Assembly: GCF_009914755.1 (NCBI RefSeq)
Contig: NC_060939.1
Direction: 5' to 3' (one strand)
Length of the DNA: 64,000 bases
From: the human T2T-CHM13v2.0 reference genome, Homo sapiens
The notes beneath the pieces were generated by a model that saw nothing but the letters and a program-made list of their open reading frames with translations, was not told where the DNA came from and did no database searches. Each line of letters begins with the position of its first letter. Position 1 is the first letter of the stretch. Of this stretch, positions 48,436 to 61,565 are shown in pieces. Made by a program: the position numbers and the translations under genes.

Positions 48436-49651
48436 CTTACAGGCCAGTATGTAGAACACTCATTCTCAAACCAAAAAGCACCTAAAAAAAAACCCTTTTT
48501 TGTAAAAAAGGCAACATAGAAGATGTAGTTGTGTCCCCTGAACATTAAATTTTCAGCATATGTCATACATTTACAGAAACCTTAAGAACATATATTTGAA
48601 ACTGGCACTGTCCTAGAAAATTCAGGATGTCTGTTTCCCTGAACTACATGTCATTTTCCCAAATGGGCTAATTAGTTCCAATTTGCAAAGACGTTACAGA
48701 GAAATGATTCCTTTTTTTTTTTTTAATCAGCATAGCAAAGTCTCAAAGAGAAAGCAAAGACAATACAAAATATCAGTGCAGACCACATTAATCAACAGAT
48801 AACATCTTCCCCTAAGCCCCGGCCCTGGTTCTGGCAGTGACTTTACAGGACTGTGGTATATTGAAGAGGAAAGGAGGCTCCTGGCCCCATCCTGAAAAAG
48901 GTTGCAATCTAAATTTAGGAAATAAAGCCACTGGAAAGTAGGCAAGGGACTTTGTCTTTGGTGATACAGTGCCTGCCCCTGAGACAGGCTCATAGTATCT
49001 TGCATTAATATTTTTAAGGAAATAGAAAGATACCAACTAATCACACAGTTGGGCCAAATGGGAACTTTTTTAAGGGTTACAAACAGCAGTTAATGAGCCT
49101 GGCGTGATCCTGTTAGCTGCAGTGTTTCCTTTGAGGACTCCGGATTATCCCTCCATTTCTCTTAATTACTCAACAGTGTTAAATCAATGAAATTAACACC
49201 ATTCAAATTAGGGAGCCACTATTGAGATGAAATTAATAGACATATTTGTAACTCTTCTTTCTCCTGCATAGATATAATAAATGCCTAAAAAAATCTTGCT
49301 TTTTGTTTTGTTGTGTTTCTCATGCCATTGCTGAATTTGCTGGTGTCCCTACCCTGCAGGCAGCATACTGGGGGCTGGAATGTCAAAGTCATCATTTCTT
49401 GCCTCTGTTTTTGCCTCAGCAAAAGCAGAGGTATAATATTGATTTCCTCCTGTTCCCCTATTTCTGCCTTGTTAGGATTTTTCTTAGTGATCATGTTTTG
49501 CTTGAAGTTATGGAAAAAAAAAAAGAAAGAAAATGAAAGAAAGAAAGAGAGAGAGAAAGATAAAAGTAAAGAAAAAGAATCAGCAAAAAAAATCCCTTAC
49601 TTTTTTGGTAAAAAGAATAGTAAATTGGAAGGCAGGACACCTGGGTTTTCA

Positions 49652-50131
<480 letters not shown>

Positions 50132-51449
50132 TTAATCTTGTAGAAACTTTCTCTATCGATCTGTGTTGTCTCTAGGTGATATCCATCATCACTTTGTGAT
50201 GAAGATAACTTTTCTTGTCTCTGAAGACATTATTCACATGGTCTCATAACTGAGTGCTGTATACAATCGTGCATTCCTTCATTTACCTCACAAAATCCAG
50301 GATGTCCTTCCCCCCCAGTTAGTTGTATGCTCAGCCATGTCCCATTTCTGATTTCCAAATTTCTCATGATACAGCTTCCTGACCTTCTGGTTGAGATGCA
50401 ATTAACAGATTAAAAATATGGTAGGGTTTGACATTGCCCCACTAAGGCTTGGCCCATTTTGGTGAGCTCTGTGCTTTCTGCCCCTTGCTTGCTTTCATGT
50501 ATCTGTGCTACTGAGAACGATATCACCCACCTGGAGATTCACCCACCTGTTCTGGACTTTCACCTTCTGGCATAAATGCAGTGGTGCTTCCATAAACTTC
50601 AAAGAAAGTGGTTTAGGCATGGCAATCTGGCTAGAAGTGATGAGTCAGAGATTTATGATGAGAATCTCATCAACATAAACAGGTCAATAAAAACAGCTGT
50701 TTATTAAGGATAGTTTAATTCCCATTTTATAAAATTGTTAAACCCCATAGATCTTCTTAGGGGAGAGTGAGCAAAGTAGCAATGTGGTACTGGGTGATCA
50801 TAAATTATACATAGTGTGCTGAAGATGGGCAAGGCATGTCTGCAATGTGTATCAGATAATACCAGTGATAGAATATTAATCTGTTGAAAAGACAGGCTCT
50901 TTTTGAATCTCCTGGTTATGATTTCTGAGGGATGATTTAATAAAACCAAGGAGCTTAGCTTAAGAGTAGAAAGATTTGGAAAGAACAAAATAAACTTGAT
51001 CAAATATGTAAATGGCACTCCTAGAGAAGGAAGATTTAAGATGAAATAGGAGGACTGGACAAAAATTGGGCTTATTTTGTCTCAATACAAAGAAAGAAAT
51101 TTCCACCAATTAGAACTGTCCTCCAAAGAAATAAGCTACCATGTGAGGTAGTAAGTTTCGTGTCACTGGAGATGTTCAAGACAAGACCATGTGTCAATTT
51201 TAGGAAGAGAATCATGGATAATTACAAAAGAGTTTGGTCCTGGATTATTTTTTATTTCTCTGAATCATATCTTTTTATTAAAGTTCAGTGACATTTCATT
51301 TTTTGGAAACTTTTTTATTTCAACTCACTCTGCTTTCTGTCTTTCACAGTTCTCAAACATCCTCTCAATACGGCTTTCCCATTTCTGTTCTCCTTTTTCC
51401 CCGTGGGCAGCAGTAATCTCCTTCTTATCACTGTATGGAAATTTCATTC

Positions 51450-52100
51450 AATTTAATTTATTTCCTGGAACACTGGCTGAGGTCCTATTGTACTTAAGTT
51501 CTGTGATAGGTATAATGGAGGATGCAAAGATGAATAACTTAAAGTCTGGGCTTCAGAGAATTTGCAAGATTCTAACAAAAGGAAGAAGACAAGCCTCAAA
51601 ATAGCTTTTACATAATACTGAAGATAACCATTGCAACTGTGAAAAGTTTGTAGAGATTACATCTACTGGAATTGCTTTACAGGGGAGACACTATTTGAGA
51701 AGGATCTTAAAGATTATGGAAGATGGATTTTAACATTGAAAGATAGAGAAAGAAGAGTATTTCTGACATAGAGACCTGGAAGCAGAAAAAGACTGGAAGT
51801 ATTTGAGACCAGCTAATAACACATTTGTCAGGGAAGATGTCATTGGCATGATGAAATGAACAAAGTAGGTTTTGAGTATCAAGTGAAAAACTTTGAAGTT
51901 CAAGGAAAGAAAATTTTATTTATTTTAATTCAAGAAGCAATTCCAGAGTATTTATGGTTTAACAGAAATAGTATGGTAAGAGTTGTTCTTATAGGGAAAT
52001 TGATGTGTTAATTTTATTTAGAAATGATTAGTATGGAAACAGTCAAAAGTGGAAGGAGGAGCAAATACTGTGATAGTTCGAGAAATAGCAAGATTTTAAA
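51450..52100 (-). mobile_element. L2 fragment
   Basis: 'ttcattcaatttaatttatt...gaggatgcaaagatgaataa...tttgagaaggatcttaaag'. Confidence 0.55.
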
Positions 52101-52149
52101 GAAAGGTGTATCTTTGGCAGTGCAAAATAGGTATAGAATCCTGGTGTGT

Positions 52150-53610
52150 GATTTTTTTTAAATATACATTTATAGTCATTGGTGACAAATTCAGAAATTA
52201 CAAAGTACAAAGAAGAAAATTAAAATTGCCAACAATTCCTCCAATCAATAGAGATTATCATTTTAACGTATATCTATTCTGACTTTTATTTATTTAGACT
52301 TTTTCTTACAAACATGAATGATAGTAGCCATGCCACTTTGTAAACTGCTTTTCAATTGGTAACACATCGCAATTACTTTTTCACATCAAGAAATTCAGTT
52401 ATATACCATGTTTGTTTGGTTTGGGTTTGTTTTAGAGACAAGGTCTAGCTCTGTCACCCAGGCTGGAGTGCAGTAGCACAACCATGGCTCACTGCAGCCT
52501 TCATCTCCTGGGCTTAAATGATCCTCTTGCCTCAACCTCCCCAGTAGTTAGGACTATAGGTGCGCAGCACCACACTTGGCTTTTTTTTTTTTTTTTTTTT
52601 TTTTAACTTTTGGTAGAGTCTGGGTCTCACTATGTTGCCCAGGCTGGTCCTGAAGTCCTCTTAGCAAGTGATGCTGCTTTTGCCTCCCATAGCCCCGGAA
52701 TTATAGGTGTAAGCCACAGCTCCTGGTCCTTTTATATACCATGTTAATGGCTATAGAGTATCCTATACATGTATGTATTATAATTTGTATTATAAGTTAT
52801 TGAACTACTTCCTTTTTGGGGTCTTAAGTGATTTCTATTTTTTTGTATTATGATAGTGCTGCAATAAATGTGTGTATACCCACTTTTGAATTGTTTTCTG
52901 AGTACTTCCTTATATAAATAAAAGTGGAATAGGTCAGAGGCTGCTGCTCTCACTCGTTGTTCCTTGCTTTTATTATTTGATCACTGAAATTTTGCTGAGC
53001 ACATGGATGCCTACATAAAGGCTACATTTTTTTCCAGCCACCTTTTCAACCAGAAGCTCTAGGCATTGAGCTAGAAGTAAAAGTGTAGTAAAGTACAACT
53101 TTTCAAAGTGTTATTTAAAGGTAAAGTCTGCTTTTGGTCTTCCTCAGGCAGAGTTCTAACAGGATGGTTGGAGCCAAAGGAGCCACCGAGGATATGAGAA
53201 GACTTTGCTGGGGCGATCGAACAAAAAGATATAGGTCTCTGGGTCCATATCACCTTCTATGGCTGCCAAACCAGCCCTGGACTGCCCACCTCCAGAGAGA
53301 AAGAGAAATATACTTTTATCTTGTTTCAGTCATTTTAGAAGTTGGTTTTCTATCACACGCAGCTGAACTAATCCTAACTAAAACAATGGCTTTGAAAGTA
53401 CACGTATTTAAGGCTTTCTGCACACATTGCCAAATTTGAGTCCAGAAAGTCTGTGCTGATGAATATTCCCACTAGTAATGTATAAATTAGAGTCCCATTC
53501 TTCATTTATCCTAGAAAATGCTGGGTACTGTAATTCTTTGTAAGTCTTCACCAATTTGGTAGTTGACAAATGACATCTCTTTGTTTTAATTTTCATTTCC
53601 AGGCTCATTC
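52150..53610 (-). mobile_element. L1ME-like 3' fragments, interrupted by AluJ and an MLT1J-like LTR (about 52960-53385)
   Basis: 'aagtggaataggtcagagg' ... 'cattgccaaatt...ttcccactagtaatgtat...tgacatctctttgttttaattttcatttcc'. Confidence 0.6.
52413..52729 (-). mobile_element. AluJ
   Basis: J diagnostics; TSD ttatataccatgtt at 52399-52412 / 52732-52745. Confidence 0.92.
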
Positions 53611-54869
53611 TTCTGAATCTTTTCTCCATTCCCTTCCAACCCTCCTGATGTAACCCTCTCCTTGACTAGTAATTCATCTATGTTAAAAACATAGCCCTTA
53701 GGATGAACCAGTTGGCTTTGCTATTCTTTCAATATCTGTCTGTCTTGCATTTCAGAAAGCAGAGATTCTTATCTAAAGACAATGCACCCGGGGTTCTTCC
53801 CTGGCCTTTCACTGATGATTTTCATTCCTTGCCAGCCTGATCTCCTCCAGCACGGTGCACTCATCTGTGCCTTTAAAGTGCTCAGGCGATTTTATAGCTG
53901 CAAGAAGAATATGAAGGTACAAGTATCAAGCAAATAGGGCAAATTACAAGTATACAGAGGGTTTCAGCATTCATGGCCACGTTTATTTCTCCTTCCTGCC
54001 TTCTCACCTCTCTCTTCTCTTTCTTTTGCCTGCTTAACTGACCAGCTCAAGGCTTCTTATTCTATATATCCTTCATCTTTGGGGGAGCAAGTTATTTTCT
54101 AACTGGCTTAAGTATATCCTTCAGTGATCAGCCAAAATTCTTCTTTTTGCATCCAAAGGAAGAAACTTTATTCTATATCCACCCTAGATTTTTCTCTTAG
54201 ACTCTTAACTGTAGTAAACTCCTTTCTCCTCCTGTAAGAATCAGGTCCCTTCAAAAACCCTGCTTAACAGACAACAACAAAACAACAATAACAACTTCCA
54301 GAACAAATAATAATATATATTTTTTAATTATAATGAAAGTTTCAACTCAGGCTTTAAAATCTTCATGTTGTATGTCAATCATCTGGTGTCACTTATTTCT
54401 TTTCCAACCTAGTCTTTCCCCAATATCTATTATTATCAATGCTGCTTTCCTCTACAGTGTCATGTTAAAGGTATCAACCCTCCAGACAAGACTCTACCTT
54501 ATCCCATAGAGGCCACTTCTAAATGCATATCTGCACACTGATAGTCACTTCTTGTTATTTATATTACTATAACTATTTACATCCAGAAAATCCAATTGGA
54601 GTTTAAATACAATGTTCCTGACCAACATGAACTTCTCCCAAATCCAGTCATGAGTTTAAGGAAGCGGGTAGTACAAATGGTGCTATACTGTTTTCTCCAT
54701 TCTCATGCTCATTTCAGAATTAGGCCACTTAGGAATTCCTATTCCATCATTTCTCCTGCTGACTTCGGGGATTATTCATGAGTCCATCTTGAAACTTACA
54801 TTCTACTACTGTGTACATTATCTGGGGTCCTTCTCTGACTGCATTATTTTGACACTTTTTAATATAAAC

Positions 54870-55630
54870 CTTTATTGAGTATATACTACATATCAAGAAC
54901 TTTTCATGCATCTTCTGATTTAATTCTCAAGATAACCTTATGAGGCAAGTGTGATTATTAGCCCCATTTTAAAAATGAGGACACTAAGTCTCAAAGACCC
55001 AGTTAGTAAATGGTGGAAACAGAATTTCTAAAACTGATCCTGAAAGCCTAAAATTCATCCCATCAATGACACTCTGCTGTCTCTTCCTAAATCCTCTAGC
55101 TTTTTCTCTGTTAGCCCATTATTCCGCATTTTCATACAGCTTTTTGCCACTCCGACAACTCTGCCTGGAGGTCCTTCTGCCATCTGCATATCAGCTTGGA
55201 TTAGACTGAACTATTGACTTGCCAGGGCCTGTAAGTTTAATAATAACAAAGTGGCTACACCACACACTCTTCATTTTGGCCGTCTCATCCCTTAAGGCTG
55301 GGAAGGCTAAATGGAATTATAAATAATATCAGCTGTGATGAAAGTCAAACTGTAGCTATCAGGTTCTCCACAGTCTGCTTTTTTGATGACAATAGCTATC
55401 AATAATTAAAGGTTAATAATGTATCAGACATTATGCTAAGCTTTTGCATTAGATCATTTGATCCTTACATCAACCCTAAGAGGATGACACCATTATTGTT
55501 CCCATTGTATTATACGAACAAGAAAATAGATTAGAAGACTTCCAGTAAACAGTCCACATCATACAGTGAACACATGGCAGACCCATATTTTGAATCCATG
55601 TCTGCCCAAATTCAGAACCTCCTTTCTTAA
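54870..55630. mobile_element. Two MIR fragments (about 54870-55080 and 55400-55630)
   Basis: 'gccccattttaaaaatgaggacactaag'; 'cattattgttcccattgta...tggcagacccatattttgaatcca'. Confidence 0.6.
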
Positions 55631-55634
55631 CCAC

Positions 55635-56019
55635 CATATTACTCCATTCTTGCATTGCTATAAAGAACTGAGGCTGGGTAATTTGTAAAGAAAAGAGGTT
55701 TAATTGATTGAAAGTTCCATAGGCTGCACAGGAAGCATGACTGGGGAGGCCTCAGGAGACTTACAATCATGGCAGAAGGCAAAGGGGAAGCAGTCATATC
55801 TTCACATGGTGGAGCAGGAAAGAGAGAGGGCAAAGGGGGAAGTGCTACACATTTTTAAACAACCAGATCTCCTGAGAATGTGGTCACCATCACAAGAACA
55901 GCAAGGGGGAAGCGGTGTGCCCCCATGATTCAATCACCGCCAACCAGGGCCCTCCTCCAACATTGGGGATTACAACTGGACATGAGATTTGGGTGGGGAC
56001 ACAGAACCAAACCCTATCA
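55635..56019 (-). mobile_element. MaLR solo LTR (THE1D/MSTA-like)
   Basis: 'ggggaggcctcaggagacttacaatcatggcagaagg...gagatttgggtggggacacagaaccaaacc'; TSD accac/actac. Confidence 0.9.
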
Positions 56020-57138
56020 ACTACTAATGTACAATGCTTTGTTTTTAAAATAATATTGCTGATATCATATTATAATAGGAGAAACCCATGGGGAAAATAA
56101 TATCCTCAAATTCAATATTTTCATTTATATTATCCAATACATGACCATGTACATATTCAATTTTACCTATTTACATTAAGTAACATTATGGATAGAATTA
56201 TACTTTTTCTATATTTTCTATTAACATTTAATGCAGGATGTAACTCTCTGGCAATAAATTTGAAAACCTGAACAAAATAGATGATTTCCTAGCAACATAT
56301 CAATTACCAAAATTGACCCAATAAGAAGGGAAAATTTGAATAGGCTAATTATCATAGAAGGGATAACAAAAAGCACTAGGATTAGGTGGATTTCCAGCTG
56401 AGTTTATCCAATCTTTAAATAATAGATAATTCTAATGTTATAAACTAGTCATAGATAATAAGATGGGCATTTATCTAATTCATTTATGTGTACAGTTTAG
56501 TACCAAAACATAATAAAGATGCAACAGAAAACTACTGTACAATCTCAGTTCAAATGGAATATTAGAAAATTGATCCTGCACAGTTATTAGAAGAATAATA
56601 TACTATGACCAAGTAAGGCTTATTCCAGGAAAAGCAGGGTGGTTAATATCAGGAAATTTATTTACATAATACATCATGTTAAGAAAATAAAGAAGAATAA
56701 AATGTGCAAATGCTGAAGTGATGTTAGATTAAATTTATTATTCTTTTAAATACATTTTAAGTAAAAAATGAAGGAGTTAAACAAATAAAATAAAATGACC
56801 AAAGGTAACAGAAAATATTATCCTAAATGGGCAATATTTAACACTCAAAATAAAATAAAAAGTCAGATGAATATCCTCAATAACCCTTATAATTTAACAC
56901 TAACTTGGAGGTTCTAAAAATGCAAAGACTCAAGTACATAATACTGCAAAAGAAGAGCTTAAATCATTTTATAATAACATTTTTTGCCCAAAAATTCCAG
57001 GACTGAAAAAATTAGAATTTATAATAGGATTTATAAGTTAGGGATAACCACCTTTACATATAAATGAGAAGAAAATATTCATCAAAGTAGAAAAAATAAA
57101 TTATAAAGAACTTAAAAAAATATATAGAAGTGGTATAG

Positions 57139-57508
<370 letters not shown>

Positions 57509-57845
57509 AAAGGCATGCCATTTCTTTGGATAGCAGACTTGAGATCACAAAATATAAAATCTTTCTAAATTAACAAATATAAGAATATTTTGGTTAAAGC
57601 CCAAGAGAGTGCTTTTTATGATTACATAAAGTGGCATTTAAAGTTTTCATAAAAAGAAATAACTTTTAGATAATAGCCAAACAGTATTTAGTAAATAGAA
57701 AGAAAGAATGGCAAGACATTCGTCATGCCAGGATTCAAACTATTCTAAAACTATTGTAATTGAACCAATAGGTCATTAGCCAGAAGAGACAGTGAGATTA
57801 AGAGAACTGAATAGAAAATCCACAAATATATACTGATACATATAA

Positions 57846-58157
<312 letters not shown>

Positions 58158-58413
58158 AAGAGAATACACTTTTCAATATATGATGTCGGGGCACTCGCTA
58201 CTCATATGGAAAATAATTATATTGGACATGATTTTCTACAATATATGAAATTATTTCCCAAGTAGACTAAAGATTTACATGTAAAATAATGAAGCAATAA
58301 AACATTTAGAGACTATCCTGAAGACAATATGTATAAGCCAAGGGCAGAAAAATGTTGTAATCCAGGATAGAAAATCCAAAGCTATAAAATAAAACATAGG
58401 TACATTTTACTAC

Positions 58414-58776
58414 TGTCTTAGTCCATTTGGGCTGCTATACCAAAATTCCTCAGACTGGATAACTTATAAATAACAGAAATTTATTGCTCACAGTTCTGGA
58501 GACTGAGAAGTCCAAGATCAAGTTGCCATCAAATTAAGTGTCTGGTGAGGGCTCTGACGTCATAGACAACATCTTCCTGCTGCATCCTTACATAATAGAA
58601 AGGGGTGAGTTGAACTCCCTCAGGCTTCTTTCATAAGGGTACTGATCCTGTTCACAAAGGCTCCACCTTCATGATCTAGGCACCTTCCAAAGTTTCCATC
58701 CCTTAATACCTACATACTGGGGATTTAGATTTCAAAATATGTATTTTTGAGGTACACAAACATTCAAACCAGAGCA
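58414..58776 (-). mobile_element. MaLR solo LTR (MLT1A/MSTD-like)
   Basis: 'tgtcttagtccatttgggctgctat...cacagttctggagactgagaagtccaagatcaag'; TSD actac/actat. Confidence 0.88.
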
Positions 58777-59050
58777 ACTATGTAAAAATTGATTATTTTG
58801 AGTGACAATCATATCATAAAGTAAACAGGTAACTATGAGATTTGGGGGGAAAGTCAAGACTCTTCTCTAACTGACACAAATGAGTAAAGCAACTTGTGAA
58901 TATTCATTAAAATTTTACCAAAGAGCAAAACCCCAAAAGCCAATAAACTTATGAAGATATATGAAAACTCATTGGTAGGCAGGAAAATATAAATGTAAGC
59001 TACTAGCTTATTTTACAAGGATAAGACAAAAACAAAATCAAGAAATAAAC

Positions 59051-59481
59051 TGTTATAATTTGGTTTATTTACCCCTCCAAATCTTATGTTGAAATTTGAT
59101 CCCCAGTATTGGAGATGGGACTTAATGGGAGGTTTTTGGGTCATGGGGGGCAAATCCCTTATAAACAGATTAATGCACTCCCTAGGATGGGGGATGGCGA
59201 GTGAGTTCTCGCTCTATTAGCTCCCACCAGAGCTGGATGTTAAAAAGCACCTGGCACCTCTCCTTTCCTGCTTCCTCTCTCACCATATGATCTCTGCACA
59301 GCCAGTTTTCCTTTGCCTTCCACCATGAGTGGAAGCAGCTGGAGGTCCTCACCCAAAGCAGACGCTGGTGCCATGCTTCCTGCACAACCTGCAGGACCAT
59401 AAGCCAAATAAACCTTTTTCAAAACAAATTACCAGGTCTTCCTCAGGTATTCCTTTAAAGCAACAGATATAACCTAAGACA
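59051..59481 (+). mobile_element. MaLR solo LTR (MSTB-like)
   Basis: 'cccctccaaatcttatgttgaaatttgatcccca...aagccaaataaacc...ctaagaca'; TSD taaac/taacc. Confidence 0.9.
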
Positions 59482-60639
59482 TAACCATTTGGGGGCATGA
59501 TCTAGGAAAAGGATAAAAATGAGAAATCCTGTAAACCAAAATCAATGTTTTTGTATACAGGAATAGTTGATTACTGTACATTCACACCACGCAGCATTAA
59601 AAAAATAATAAATTAATGTTAGTCCAGTTGACTAGGATTTTATTATCTGAGGAACTAAAGATTCAAAAAAAGCAAACGTAAAATAATTTTTTAAAAGAAC
59701 AAAGGCCAAAAAACTCTATATATGTATAAAATCATAACACGATAATCATGGAGAAATATATAAAAATATTTCCAGAATGCTTTTAACAAGCACTGAGAGA
59801 GTATGTGAAGCAGGGAATCTTATTGGCTGAGGTGCAGAAAGAAGATATGTGAAAAAGAGAATAAAAGACTGTACTAAAAATGGTACGTATGCTAAGTTCA
59901 GGATTTATATTTTTGTAAAAACTATGCCTGTGGGCATATGTATAAAAATTATTTTTAAATGCTAAAATGTAAAAAGAAGATTATTTTCTAAATAAATTTT
60001 GCTATCATTTCCATGCAGTATATGTGTCTTATCTCATTTCCTTTCTTCTTTTAGATTTCTCCTCCTAAAAATGTTTAAAATATTGACAGCCTTGTATGTG
60101 TCTTTACTCTTCTTTACCAGATTGTTATTTATTACAGTAAAAGTAGAAGAAAATAAAAACTATAATTTTACAGGTTATCATCATTTACATTATGAAATTG
60201 CTCGTGTCCTTGGGTCATGTTGATTTAGTGCTATTACTCTTCCTGGCACTAGAAATCTTTCCTACTACAATCTCAGGGGTTCTCAGTTTTCAGAGATGGC
60301 ACTACAATGTATGTGGATGAGTAATTAAGAATGAGTTACATATCAGTATCAAAACTCACAATTTGCCAATCCTCAGTCTTGGGCTGATTCCTGCCTAACT
60401 AAAAAGGAGGATTTTGTGTGTTAAAAGCCAGTGGGCCAGTCCTGGAGTCACACCAAGAGAGATTCTTTACACACCATCCTCTTTGTGAGTGGAAGGGCAT
60501 CAGGCCCCCAAAATAACTGTTGACCAGTGAGATGACTTGTGACAGGCCAGTGGTAGTTCTAACACCCTGTCTATCTTCTGAAAATGAAGCAAGAAGATAG
60601 TAAACACACTGTGCTTCCACTGCACCAGCAACCGGACTA

Positions 60640-60830
60640 AGCCTTTTACTTACATTGATTCACTGAGTCCTCTTGTCAGGTAAGGATGATTTTAATCTGC
60701 ATTTACAGATGAAGTAAGGAGAGGTTATTTCATCCTTCCCTGGATCATGGGAATCATACATTGCAGAGCTGAGCTTCAAACTGTCTTAAAACTTAGGTAT
60801 CCAGGCACTTAAACACTAACCCATGCCACT
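60640..60830. mobile_element. MIR fragment
   Basis: 'catttacagatgaagtaagg...gcagagctgagcttcaaa'. Confidence 0.55.
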
Positions 60831-61026
60831 GCTCAATCCAAAGAAACAATGAAACGAGGCAATTCAAGTTAAAAAGATATTTAATTTCAGATATGTGAAC
60901 TTATTAATGTCCAGCAGCAACATCACCTGAACAGCTAAACACTGTGATGCAGGTACACATTTACTTACCTGAGCAGATTAAGAAAGATGAGAAATTTGCT
61001 TTGTTTGAGGGAATGGAGGCTTTGTA

Positions 61027-61102
61027 CAATTTTTATTTATTTTTGACACTCACGCGTTCAATGCCAATTTTTATTTATTTTTGACACTCATACATTCAAT
61101 GC
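61027..61102. repeat. 38-bp tandem duplication
   Basis: caatttttatttatttttgacactcacgcgttcaatgc / caatttttatttatttttgacactcatacattcaatgc. Confidence 0.95.
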
Positions 61103-61449
61103 CACTTTCATTGTTTTCCCCCAATCCTATATTTGATATGAAATTTATTTTGTCAGTTGCAGTTTTGCCAGCCATGGTGTTTCTTAAGATTTGGCTAGAG
61201 ATTCCTGCACTGAGATTTCCCCAAAGTTAATGTGTAAGTACTGATAGGGAAGGAGGTAATTCACTTGGCTGATGACAGGCTGTGAGGGGCTCCAGGGGAG
61301 AGTGCTGGAAATTGAAGGGAGAACTGAAGGTATACAATCCCCACCTGGTGATCACTACCTTGGGCCCAGCACAGAAATGCAACATAACTTTCTCCTGGGA
61401 AGTATCCCTTGTGGTCCTCACACCCAACCCTCAGAAAAGCCTTTAGCAC

Positions 61450-61522
61450 GCACACCAACATGGCACATGCATACATATGTAACAAACCTGCACGTTGTGC
61501 ACATGTACCCTAAAACTTAAAG

Positions 61523-61565
<43 letters not shown>
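61450..61565 (+). mobile_element. Very short L1PA (PA4-like) 3' end with (AAT)n tail
   Basis: 'gcacaccaacatggcacatg...cacatgtaccctaaaacttaaagtataataataat...'. Confidence 0.92.

Noticed and set aside
48711-48900. Plus-strand acceptor (T-run then aatcAG) as an exon start
   Set aside because: Poly-T plus AG occurs often by chance; the downstream donor is weak and there is no identifiable ORF.
51191-51604. 137-aa hydrophobic ORF
   Set aside because: Non-ATG start, T-rich composition bias, overlaps an L2 relic, and shows no homology I recognise.
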